A stretch of 64,000 bases of DNA from assembly GCF_902459465.1 (NCBI RefSeq), contig NC_047066.1, forward strand, positions 14,384,001 to 14,448,000, given 5' to 3'. Each line of letters begins with the position of its first letter. The first letter of the stretch is position 1. The notes beneath the pieces were generated by a model. It did no database searches. It was not told where the DNA came from and worked only from the letters and a program-made list of their open reading frames with translations. The translations under genes and the position numbers were made by a program. The stretch comes from Asterias rubens (lineage: Eukaryota). Below are positions 11,877 to 23,024 of this stretch, piece after piece.

Positions 11877-11947
11877 GAGTGACCAGAGGAGGGACCTATT
11901 TCCCTCAGCCTTCAGCCTTAGGAAATAGGTCCCTCTCATGGTCACTC
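11877..11947. repeat. Hairpin with ~27-bp stem in type B spacers (also 17365, 31633, 37245; truncated at 43787)
   Basis: gagtgaccagaggagggacctatttcc-loop-ggaaataggtccctctcctggtcactc, preceded by a 15-bp tandem repeat (attatggactggcac) in 3 or 2 copies. Confidence 0.8.
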
Positions 11948-13083
11948 AAAGTCCCTTGGAGGAATAGACATGCAATATTTACCTCATTGCCAGTCAACAA
12001 GTGTTCAATAACATGTGAATGGCTTATAATGTAGCACATACAAGGACCAGCACATACAAGGAACAGTGTAGAAGGGTGTGGATAAAACACCTGACAGAAG
12101 TCACAGCTTTTGGGTGAAAACTGATGGAGAAAGACCTCCAACAACACCAAGAAATTGCTTGTAAACTGTATACAATCGTAAGTACTTGTTAGTCCATGAA
12201 CTGTAGGGACAATTATTTAGACTGAGGTCAAATAGTTTGCATGTGATTGTTGGCCAGGCATACCTGCATGCATACATAAAAAGTAGAGTTTAATTATACA
12301 TGAAGTTACATAATACTCACAGAACCCCTTTCACACTAAAATGAAAATCCCACAATATATTCCCTACACTGTAAATACATGTAGCAGATTTATTTGACTT
12401 CAAGGGAACATGTACCCTACATGTACTTCTTAAACTACAGTTTTCACATGGTATAAATATATTTTAAAGGCTTTACTGACGCAAGGCGGTGTAATCTACA
12501 TGTAAGAGCCTAATTGTGACACCCTGTTCCCAGAATGGTCAGTCCAATTCTCACCCTCACCCCCCCCCCCCCACACGCACAATGAATTAATTAGGGAATA
12601 ACAGTGCAAGGACCCGGTCTTCACTGCTTGGTAATGAACGACCTGGTGGCTGGGCCGCTGTTAACGGACCATTGATAAATACTTCTTTAAAGAAATAAAC
12701 GGCTACAATTTTCAAAATTTTGTGACTCTTCTCGTGTAGAAACTTCCAGACATGTTGAGGGGGCATATTTTAGCTTTTGATGGCTCCCGCCTCTTTCATG
12801 CGCTTATCACATTACTGAAAATTTGAGACAGGTGACTTTGTATAAGAATGTTTTGTTAAACGCCCTCAGTGGGGTCAAAGGAGGCAGACGATTGGACGAT
12901 AGCTGTTCTTTGCACGTTAAAAACATGCGCAGCAGTGTAGCGTCCCTGTCGTAGCAAGTTGCGTAAATGCAAGGGGTAATACATTTCAGATACGTACGCA
13001 CATGTGCCAATAAAATAAGATGAATAACCTAACCCTGTGATTTGCCAAAAGCACAGACACTAGTTGTACACAATGTATGCTGG

Positions 13084-13984
13084 CAGCCCTGATACTTCAC
13101 GATGGCAACGACGGCAATTGCCGTCGTTGCCCCTACCGATTGCCGCAATGCCCTTCAAAAACCCAATTTTTCACGGCAATGATTGCCGTGCCCTTTTCTC
13201 ATCACTGCCGCCGTGCCCTTCCTCCCGAAAACAAATTATATTCAACGTTGTCAAAGTTCGAAAATAAGCCAAAAAGTCCCGATGTCTGTGTAAATTTCAC
13301 GCAACGAAATAGACCCCAATTTCACGCACGTAAGGCATAGGAGCAGATTTCAGGCCCGTTAGTCGTTGTTCTTTGCGTGCGACAAAAAAATACTCGAAAC
13401 ATCGAACGCTAGAGGGCGTTTCAGAACAGAGCAATAGCGTGAGACTAAACGCCCTCTAGTGGTAAAATTATGCGAACCAGCGCTAAACGCCTTGAGAAAA
13501 AGACTCGACGTGTCTTTGCATGCTGGGATAGTGGTTTTCCCCATGCTTGGTACATGTGATGTACCATCATGTACAGCATAGGCGTCGCGCACCGCATGCA
13601 TTTATTCTGTCAACATCGTGTCAAAATGGAGCAGTTACGTGGGAATTTTAGCGTCTCTACGAAAAACCACACAACGTGCATGACCAATAGTAGGATTACG
13701 TAGGATCAAACATTATTTATTGTGTATTGTAAGTAGTTGTTCTTTATTTTGTTGAATTAGATGAATGCTTTCTTTTTTCATTGGGTAAAATGGAAAAATT
13801 GGAAGAACTATTTTTTACAGGCAACTCGGAGGTTTTTTTTCAAACTGCCGTCGTGCCCTTCGCAACTTTTTATGATTGCCGTGATGCCCTTCCAAATTTT
13901 TGAAAATTGCCTTGGTGCCCTAAATTTTTACAAAAAGTCAAGGCAAAACTGCCGTGCCCCTTAAAAGCCGAAGTATCAGGGCTG
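13084..13984. mobile_element. Second copy of the 901-bp element (carried along by the 5,488-bp duplication)
   Basis: Same TIRs, TSD and position relative to the CDS. Confidence 0.9.
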
Positions 13985-14200
13985 TGCTGGTGTAGTGGCC
14001 ATTTATTCAAAATTTCCAGAGCCATTCATTTATCAATGCGTAAATTATGCACTAAATGTGTAAGAATACTGTATCTTGTGCAACAGTCACCTGAAGTCAT
14101 TTTGATAGTGATAAATACAACATCAGATAATATGAGTAGATTTAATACTAACAATGAACTGACCCTTTTGTATTAACAGGGAAAGATCGTAAAATCAAAG

Positions 14201-16135
14201 ATGGCTGCCAGTATCACAGACCATTCAGTGCTTGATAAGATCAGTAAGGATCATCTAGAATGTCCAATATGCACCAATCGCTTCATCAATCCAACAATGC
14301 TAGACTGTCTACACAGCTTCTGCTTCACATGCCTCAAGGAGCTTCACCAACAAGATCCTAACAACTCCATCCTACTGTGTCCTCTGTGCAGAAAGAAAAC
14401 AACACTAGAAGACAACAAGGTTGAAAGTCTACCTAAGGACTTTAAACTCAATGCCCTGGTGGATGAGTTTACTGTTCAGGAGCAACTCATGGAGGGTCAT
14501 GGGTCAGAGGTCAAATGTCAAGCCTGTGAAAGGGATCATATGGCTGTTTCCAGATGTATTGACTGTGACAATTTTATTTGTCAAGAATGTCAACAGGCAC
14601 ATCAGCATTTTGCTATTTTGAAATCACATCAAATCTATGCACTTGCTCAACTGCAATCAGGTGTAGTAACCTATCGCAGTAAGATCAGGGAGTACATTCC
14701 AAAGTGTGGCAAGCACAGTGATCAGACTCTGAACATCTACTGCAACACATGCCAGAAGTTAGAATGCACAACATGTACTGTTCTTGATCATGGAAATCCA
14801 AAGCATGACCTTATTGGCATACCTGAGGCTTTAGACAAATGCAAACAGGAAGTCGCAGAGCTGGTTGCAAAAGCTGAGAAGTGCAAGGTGGATATTCAAA
14901 CTGCCATGGAACAAGCCAGTGAGTCTCGCAAGAAACTGGAATCTTCATATGCTGAAACCAATATGAAAATCTCCCAGAAGGCTGCCAAGGAGAGAGCAAA
15001 GATCACTGAAGAGGAAAATCAGCTGAAGCAAGAGGCAGAGAGTGTTTACAAAGACAGAGTCCAGACATTTGAAACTGTAGAGGCAACCAACACAAAAGAA
15101 GTGACCCAGGTAGAGCACAAGCTGGGTGAAGTGAATCAGTTCATGACCCAAGCAAGCTCTCATGAGATTCTGGATTTCAAGCTGAAACTTATAAACAATC
15201 TTGAGGAACTGACTAAGAATCAAGGTGAGATTGTGTCTGACAGGTTTTCCTTTCTTGAGTTTGAAGAAGGTGAAAGGTCAGTGGGAAGACTGGTGCTGGA
15301 AGATAAGCAACAAGCTAAAGCAGAGGCTCAGGCCAAGGAACATGAAACAATCCATACAAAACAGGAGTGGAAACTGAAGGAAAGTGTTTTTAAGTGGGCG
15401 AATTCGGTTGCAGCTTTCTCCGACAATGAATTAGTAGTACAAGATACAACACACAATTCATTGTTTGCATTAAAACCTCAATTAGCAGCAGACAAATCAC
15501 AATCTGCTCACTGCCCACAAAGATTAAAAGTCACAGGACTTACTAAACCAACAGCACTCACTGTGGACAATAATGATCACCTGTATGTGATTGAAGATCT
15601 AGAAGTCAAGGTTTTTAACAGGAAATATATGCTCCATCATCAGTTCCAGCTAAGTGAGAGAATGCTCTCCCCATCATGCCTTGCAGTGGATGAAAACAAT
15701 CTCATAGCAGTGGGTTATTTACCAGGGCTAATCTCACTCTACAACCCTGATGGATCACTCATCAGAACATTCTCTACTCCAGTACAGGTAGACTATTTGA
15801 CTTTATACAAGGAGAGGATTATCTACAGCAGTAGATATGATACACATTTACACTCAGTTGAATATAAGGGTGTAAAGGTGTTCTCAGTAGATACTGATCA
15901 GTCTGAAAAATCCTATGGTTTGTGCTGTGATAAAGATGGAAGTATCTTTGTTGCTCAATATAATGGGACAACAGAAAACAATAGAATATGTCAGTACAGT
16001 CCTGATGGCAAGTACATTGGATGTGTCATTGAGGATTGTGGTAATGCCTATGACATCACATTCACACCATCTGGCAACCTTGTAGTAGCAGCATACACAT
16101 CAGTAAAAATCTACCAAGTTGTTTCCCCAGTATAG
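14201..16135 (+). CDS. TRIM-NHL-like protein, copy 3 (644 aa)
   Basis: Protein identical to copy 2 except V7D (t8732 vs a14220). Part of a 5,488-bp tandem duplication. Confidence 0.88.
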   Translation: MAASITDHSVLDKISKDHLECPICTNRFINPTMLDCLHSFCFTCLKELHQQDPNNSILLCPLCRKKTTLEDNKVESLPKDFKLNALVDEFTVQEQLMEGHGSEVKCQACERDHMAVSRCIDCDNFICQECQQAHQHFAILKSHQIYALAQLQSGVVTYRSKIREYIPKCGKHSDQTLNIYCNTCQKLECTTCTVLDHGNPKHDLIGIPEALDKCKQEVAELVAKAEKCKVDIQTAMEQASESRKKLESSYAETNMKISQKAAKERAKITEEENQLKQEAESVYKDRVQTFETVEATNTKEVTQVEHKLGEVNQFMTQASSHEILDFKLKLINNLEELTKNQGEIVSDRFSFLEFEEGERSVGRLVLEDKQQAKAEAQAKEHETIHTKQEWKLKESVFKWANSVAAFSDNELVVQDTTHNSLFALKPQLAADKSQSAHCPQRLKVTGLTKPTALTVDNNDHLYVIEDLEVKVFNRKYMLHHQFQLSERMLSPSCLAVDENNLIAVGYLPGLISLYNPDGSLIRTFSTPVQVDYLTLYKERIIYSSRYDTHLHSVEYKGVKVFSVDTDQSEKSYGLCCDKDGSIFVAQYNGTTENNRICQYSPDGKYIGCVIEDCGNAYDITFTPSGNLVVAAYTSVKIYQVVSPV

Positions 16136-19100
16136 TAAGACCTCACCTTGTAACATGCTAAAGTGAACGAACCAAAACAACTAAAACAATAATATCATAG
16201 CAAGCACATTACCCTAGTTCATGTACATTGTACCTTTGGTTTTGCTGGAAGTAACGGTTTGAATACCTTGTATTTGATTTATTAAAGAATCTGGACAATT
16301 AATTTCCTAATCCTGAATACAACCTTGAAGAGCATCCACAATCTCAGATGTCTGAAGCCAAAGGCAAAGGAGGCAATATGGCTCTATGTACATAAACGTT
16401 GTTTCAGAACAAAAATGGTGTAAATCTCCTAAATTACTGTTTACGTGAAATGCTTGTGAAGATATTTTTTTAAAAAATCAATGGAGGTTGAAGGAACACG
16501 TTGCCTTGGATCGGACGAGTTGGTCTATAAAAAGCGTTTGTAACTGTTTGTTATAAAATGCATTTGGTTGGAAAGATGTTTTAAAGGTAGAATACAATGA
16601 TCCACACAAATTTGCCTCGAAATTGCGTGGTTTTCCTTTTACTTTGCGAACTAACACGGTCGGCCATTTATGGGAGTAAATATTTGACTCCCATTGGCCG
16701 ACCGTGTTAGTCGTCGAGGTAAAAGGAAAACTGGCAATTTCGTGGCATGTTTGTGTGGATCATTGTATTCTACTTTTACAACATCTTATGCTTTTTATAA
16801 CAAATGGTTACAAACGCTTTTCAAAGACCAACTCGACCGCTCAAAGGCAACGTGTTCCTATAAGATATTATGTTGTTCCACTGTGACTTTTATGACAGAT
16901 ACAAATTTGTTGAGGAATCACGATTAGATACAAGATGAACTGTACAAATATACTCAATAACCCAAAATTACCTTGTTGCACCATGGTCGCATGGACACAA
17001 CAATTTCATCAGTGAAGCAGATTATTATGTACTTTTATATTACACCTCTTGCTAGTTCTGTTTTCTGGTTGGCTGAAACACGGTCACATGCATGAGATTT
17101 ACGCCACCAGGAACTAGACCCACATTGAGACATCGTGTGTACGCTTTGCAGGAAATAGTTCCATGTGTGGGCAATAGACTTATAATTTTTGACTGGTTAC
17201 AGCGCCCTCTCTTGACATGAACCATGGACTAGCAACTAAAAAGTTTCTTTCTTATTTCACATTTTTGACCCAAGGTGTTATAAAACAAATTATGGACTGG
17301 CACATTATGGACTGGCACATTATGGACTGGCCTTATTCAGTAAATAGTGTACGTCTATTCCTGTGAGTGACCAGAGGAGGGACCTATTTCCCTCAGCCTT
17401 CAGCCTTAGGAAATAGGTCCCTCTCCTGGTCACTCAAAGTCCCTTGGAGGAATAGACATGCAATATTTACCTCATTGCCAGTCAACAAGTGTTCAATAAC
17501 ATGTGAATGGCTTATAATGTACAATATAGTTCAACATGCACTAAAAGGCATGGTTGGTCAATAAGGTCACTTTCATATTAATAGTTATTTTTTATTTTTA
17601 ATGCCTGTAAATGGGAATCAGAATGTACTAAAACTACTGTTTACATAAACTGATGATTATTGTAAATTTTCTTTTACTACTATTATTATATTAAAACATT
17701 CTATTTTGCTTGTACAATAAATTGTGACTAAAACACAATTCATCTCTATAATCTGCTCTCACAGACCTGTTCACTTCGTTTTTGAAAAGGGCAAGGGCAC
17801 CAAGGCATTTCTCCTTGGTAAGGGCACCATTAGCCAGGAGAAATTTTAGGTCATGCACAGTGTGGGATGTACTTTGTGTATGAAAAGCCCGGCTCGTATA
17901 TTGTACTTTCTGCGAATGTGAAGCGAATTTTGACGTCGCAAGCTGTTTTCATGTTTTCATATTATTATGTTTCGCGTTGAGCAGGCGTTTCGGAGGCAAC
18001 TGACACAAAATTACTCGTTGTGAATTTGTGACGTCAAAATTTGTATCGCATTCACAGGAATGTACATATGTATGAACCGGGCTTTATACCACAGAATACT
18101 GTGAAACGGTTAGGGATAGTGCAAGCTGCTCACATCTGTGCAGAAATTGTGCAGGTGAAAATGTCATGCATCACGGTGATGTGTGATGAGCGTGTCCATC
18201 CGCACCCAAATTAACACACCAGAGGGAGGGCAAGGGGGGGGGGGGGGCACTTTGAGGCAATCTGACACGTCTTACGACCTTGTCGCACGAGGCAACTTTT
18301 ACAGGCAATTATAGATGGAGACCAAGGACAAAACAGACACGGGAAAGTAAAAGGTCTTCACAGGGGAATTCTAAAGACTGGGCCCGTGCTCTACACAAGA
18401 AATTTTTTATGTAAAATGTATGGGAAACTTGTGCAGGGACAAAGGATAGAACAAAAGCACGCTCTTGAAAACAAACATTTCAAGACGATTAAGCTTACAG
18501 AATTTTGGTGGGAATAGAATATGCTGAGTTCCCTTGATGGGAAAATTATCTATAGCAAACTAAACAACAAATAAACAAGTAAACAAGCCTACAAACACCA
18601 AACCCTTTTTATTTTACTATCACTACATCAGCAATATTCTAGACCACAAAACTGTCTAATTACATACAGACAAAAAGTGTTGGACATAAAGTGTACAATA
18701 AGTGCATAAATTCCTTGATTTTATATTCTTGATGGCACCATGCAGCATGAGATCATTTGTATGTCACAATAAATGTTTATTAATCGTAAAACAAAAAAAT
18801 ATCTGACAACAGAAAGATTTTGTTTTGTTTATAGTAATGTACCAACGCACAATGAGTTGTCAGTAGTCACTTATCCATTAAAACACTAATGGAAACCCAA
18901 CACAAACACACATTGTACTTTGTACACTCACTTGTAAAACAGTTGTCATGGTTATGGGTTACTATAAATACAGGCCTGGAATGTCATCTTTGAGAGGGCA
19001 AGGCCCTTTTCATTTTGTAAAAGTCACTTCCATTCCATTCCACAGGAACCTTTTATTTGAAAGGGGCACCAAGGCTAAGACTAGAGAGCAGTAGATGCTA

Positions 19101-19619
19101 TGGCCTCCATAGCCCTTCCAGGTCTGTGTACACGATAGGCGTAATTGTATTGTATACTGTACATGTATACTACACTTGACGGTGACATCATTGGATCTAT
19201 AAATAGAAAGGGGAATTTTCTTTCAGGGAGTGATGAGCAATAATGCCAACTACACGTACAGTGTACATGGTACTATGGACTAGTGCATCACACAGACCCA
19301 GCATTAACAGTGTGTACAGTAAGCCATAGGAGGTTGTGGATAAAACACCAGACAGAAGTCACAGCTTATTTGTTTGGTGATGAAGAAAGACCTCAAGGAA
19401 CACCAAGAAATTGCTTGTAAACTGTATACAATCGTAAGTACTTGTTAGTCCATGAACTGTAGGGACAATTATTTATACTGAGGTCAAAATGGTTTGCATG
19501 TGATTGACAAAGGTACAATCACACTGACTGCTACATGCATGAAAAGTATAATTGTGGATTTTCTGTTCAACTTTAGTTATCTTTAGAACCCTTTACACAT
19601 GTATAAGCCCCTCTCACAC

Positions 19620-20377
19620 AGGTTGTTCTAAAAAACCCCTCGACCCACGACCCTCCGACGTCCGCCCCGTGTTCGAAGAATGTCCCAATTCCAAATTCAT
19701 AAAATTTCGCTTTACGGCCGAGAAAGAATTAAGTCCCCGATTTAGAATTCACAGTGTGTGATCCGCGGCGCCACTTCCTTCCACGACTAGGCTTGACTTC
19801 AAGTCTGAGACTGCGGTTATATTTATCTGCATCAGCTACACAGTATTGGGAGTATTTACTCTCCGCTTCCGCACGACAAGTGCACACCGATTGGGGACCC
19901 CAAACACATCCGTGTGGCCATTCGGTCGGTCGGGTCTACAACCTTGAGCTCCACTTAGAGCAACTAGTAGTACCATAGTACACAGGACGGGAGCGATCGG
20001 CCGGAAATGGGTCCGCCTGATCATCACGTAATGAGTTGGCCGTAATCGTACTCGGGTGGTAATTGCAGGTTTCCAGTTGGGATAATAATCTCGGATCGGC
20101 CAAGAGATACACGTGGAAATGCCGCAGTTTTTTATCTGTACATCATAATTGCCACAGGCCCGATCTCGGCAGCCAATCACGCGAAGTTTGCTTCGTGCAT
20201 ACTACGTGTCTCGTACGCTGTGTAGTTGTGATGTGCGAGGCATGGTAGTCGACGTCAGCATACAAAATTGTGTGCGTGATTGGCTGAGGTTGTGAACTGT
20301 GGCAATTTCGGTGTACAGAAAAAAAGATCGCACAAAAGTCGAAGGTCGAGGGGGTCGAGGGTTTTTTAGAACAACCC
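19620..20377. mobile_element. 758-bp non-autonomous DNA transposon with 9-bp TSD (MULE-like) in intron of copy 4
   Basis: TIR ggttgttctaaaaaacccctcgaccc / gggtcgagggttttttagaacaacc; TSD ctctcacac at 19611-19619 and 20378-20386. A 9-bp TSD is typical of Mutator-like elements. Confidence 0.85.
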
Positions 20378-20689
20378 CTCTCACACGAAATGAATTTCCC
20401 AGAAAATTCCCTAGAAGATTTATTTGACCTTTTCACTCTTCAATTTCTAACCTGTGCAAGTCCCAGAACTGTTAGTCCGACCCCCCACCCCCCCCCCACA
20501 CACACACCCCCACACACCGTATGTATAGATATGACATACTTAATGTGTAAGAACATGGTTGCATCACATTGTCTTTTGCAAAAGTACAGTCACCTGAGGT
20601 CAATTGACACGATGAAAGATACAAAATAAGTAGTCCTGGCGGCCTTACACTTTCGTAATGTACCTGTACTACAGTGACGCCCTTGATAT

Positions 20690-20883
20690 CAGGGTCCATA
20701 TCTGGGGGCGGAAATTTTTTAGAGCTTCATAATTCAAATCTTACCTGCAAGAAGCCACCAATTTCAACAGATTCACATTCCATAGCAGCATGCATTTTTC
20801 TGCGGTGGGTTTTGGTTGTCATACTGTATATTCTTCACAAGTTATGAAGCTTTGATAACTTTCCGCCCCAGAAACTGGCCCTA
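20690..20883. mobile_element. ~190-bp MITE (Harbinger-like termini)
   Basis: agggtccatatctgggggcggaaa ... tttccgccccagaaactggccct imperfect inverted termini. Confidence 0.55.
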
Positions 20884-21032
20884 ATATTTAGGTCTCTTTT
20901 TCTGTGTACAGAGCACAGTGGAAGAGTCCTATATAGGGCTACAATATGAGTAAATTACTAACAATACAATGAATTGACCTTTTTGTACCAACAGGCACGG
21001 CAGGGAAAGATCGTAACAAGCTAAAGTCAAAG

Positions 21033-23024
21033 ATGGCTGCCAGTACCACAGTCCATTCAGTGCTTGATAAGATCAGTAAGGATCATCTAGAATGTCCAAT
21101 ATGCACCAATCGCTTCATCAACCCAACAATGCTAGACTGTCTACACAGCTTCTGCTTCACATGCCTCAAGGAGCTTCACCAACAAGATCCTAACAACTCC
21201 ATCCTACTGTGTCCTCTGTGCAGAAAGAAAACAACACTAGAAGACAACAAGGTTGAAAGTCTACCTAAGGACTTTAAACTCAATGCCCTGGTGGATGAGT
21301 TTACTGTTCAGGAGCAACTCATGGAGGGTCATGGGTCAGAGGTCAAATGTCAAGCTTGTGAAAGAGATCATATGGCTGTTTCCAGATGTATTGACTGTGA
21401 CAATTTTATTTGTCAAGAATGTCAACAGGCACATCAGCATTTTGCTATTTTGAAATCACATCAAATCTATGCACTTGCTCAACTGCAATCAGGTGTAGTA
21501 ACCTATCGCAGTAAGATCAGGGAGTACATTCCAAAGTGTGGCAAGCACAGTGATCAGACTCTGAACATCTACTGCAACACATGCCAGAAGTTAGAATGCA
21601 CAACATGTACTGTTCTTGATCATGGAAATCCAAAGCATGACCTTATTGGCATACCTGAGGCTTTAGACAAATGCAAACAGGAAGTCGCAGAGCTGGTTGC
21701 AAAAGCTGAGAAGTGCAAGGTGGATATTCAAACTGCCATGGAACAAGCCAGTGAGTCTCGCAAGAAACTGGAATCTTCATATGCTGAAACCAATATGAAA
21801 ATCTCCCAGAAGGCTGCCAAGGAGAGAGCAAAGATCACAGAAGAGGAAAAGCAGCTGAAGCAAGAGGCAGAGAGTGTTTACAAAGACAGAGTCCAGACAT
21901 TTGAAACTGCAGAGGCAACCAATACAAAAGAAGTGACCCAGGTAGAGCACAAGCTGGGTGAAGTGAATCAGTTCATGACCCAAGCAAGCTCTCATGAGAT
22001 TATGGATTTCAAGCTGAAACTTATAAACAATCTCGATGAACTAACTAAGAAACAAGGTGAGATTGTGTCTGACAGGTTTTCCTTTCTTGAGTTTGAAGAA
22101 GGTGAAAGGTCAGTGGGAAGACTGGTGCTGGAAGATGAGCAACAAGCTAAAGCAGAGGCTCAGGCCAAGGAACATGAAACAATCCATACAAAACAAAAGT
22201 GGAAACTGAAAGAAAGTTTCAGTCAACTTGGCTTCACACAATTTGCTATGAAAAGGTTTGTTGCAGCTTTCTCCGACAGTGAAATAGTAGTATTACATGT
22301 AGATATAGACCACAATTCATTGTTTGCATTGAAACCTCAAGTAGCAGCAGACACATCCCAGTCTACTCACTGCCCACAAAGATTAAAACTAAAAGGTCTT
22401 TCTGAACCATCAGCACTCACTGTGGACAATAATGATCACCTGTATGTAATTGACAATCTAGAAGTCAAGGTCTTTAACAGGAAATATATGCTCATTCATC
22501 AGTTTCAACTAAGTGAGAGAAAGTTCTCCCCATCATGCCTTGCAGTGGATGAAAACAATCTCATAGCAGTGGGTTATTCACAAGGGCTAATCTCACTCTA
22601 CAACCCTGATGGATCACTCATCAGAACATTCTCTACTCCAGTAAAGGTATACTATTTGACTTTATACAATGAGAGGATTATCAACAGTAGTACAGATGAT
22701 CGACATTTACACTTAGTTGATTATCAGGGTGGAAAGGTGTTCTCAGTAGATATTGATCAGTCTGAAGAATCCTTTGGTTTGTGCTGTGATAAAGATGGAT
22801 GTATCTTTGTTGCTCAATATAATGAGACAACACATAACAATAGAATAAGTCAGTACAGTCCCGATGGCAAGTACATTGGATGTGTCATTGAGGATTGTGG
22901 TGATGCCTATGACATCACATTCACACCATCTGGCAATCTTGTAGTGGCAGCAAAAACATCAGTAAACATCTTCCAAGTTGTTTCCCGGTACAGTAAGACC
23001 TCACATTGTAACATGCTAAAGTGA
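21033..23024 (+). CDS. TRIM-NHL-like protein, copy 4 (663 aa)
   Basis: RING/B-box/coiled-coil part essentially identical to copy 1; first propeller blades are distinct (FSQLGFTQFAMKRF). Confidence 0.93.
   Translation: MAASTTVHSVLDKISKDHLECPICTNRFINPTMLDCLHSFCFTCLKELHQQDPNNSILLCPLCRKKTTLEDNKVESLPKDFKLNALVDEFTVQEQLMEGHGSEVKCQACERDHMAVSRCIDCDNFICQECQQAHQHFAILKSHQIYALAQLQSGVVTYRSKIREYIPKCGKHSDQTLNIYCNTCQKLECTTCTVLDHGNPKHDLIGIPEALDKCKQEVAELVAKAEKCKVDIQTAMEQASESRKKLESSYAETNMKISQKAAKERAKITEEEKQLKQEAESVYKDRVQTFETAEATNTKEVTQVEHKLGEVNQFMTQASSHEIMDFKLKLINNLDELTKKQGEIVSDRFSFLEFEEGERSVGRLVLEDEQQAKAEAQAKEHETIHTKQKWKLKESFSQLGFTQFAMKRFVAAFSDSEIVVLHVDIDHNSLFALKPQVAADTSQSTHCPQRLKLKGLSEPSALTVDNNDHLYVIDNLEVKVFNRKYMLIHQFQLSERKFSPSCLAVDENNLIAVGYSQGLISLYNPDGSLIRTFSTPVKVYYLTLYNERIINSSTDDRHLHLVDYQGGKVFSVDIDQSEESFGLCCDKDGCIFVAQYNETTHNNRISQYSPDGKYIGCVIEDCGDAYDITFTPSGNLVVAAKTSVNIFQVVSRYSKTSHCNMLK

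Noticed and set aside
18363-18372. NF-kB-like sites (ggggaattct, gggaattttc) in spacers and introns
   Set aside because: All are imperfect matches to GGGRNNYYCC and expected by chance; not enough to claim immune regulation.
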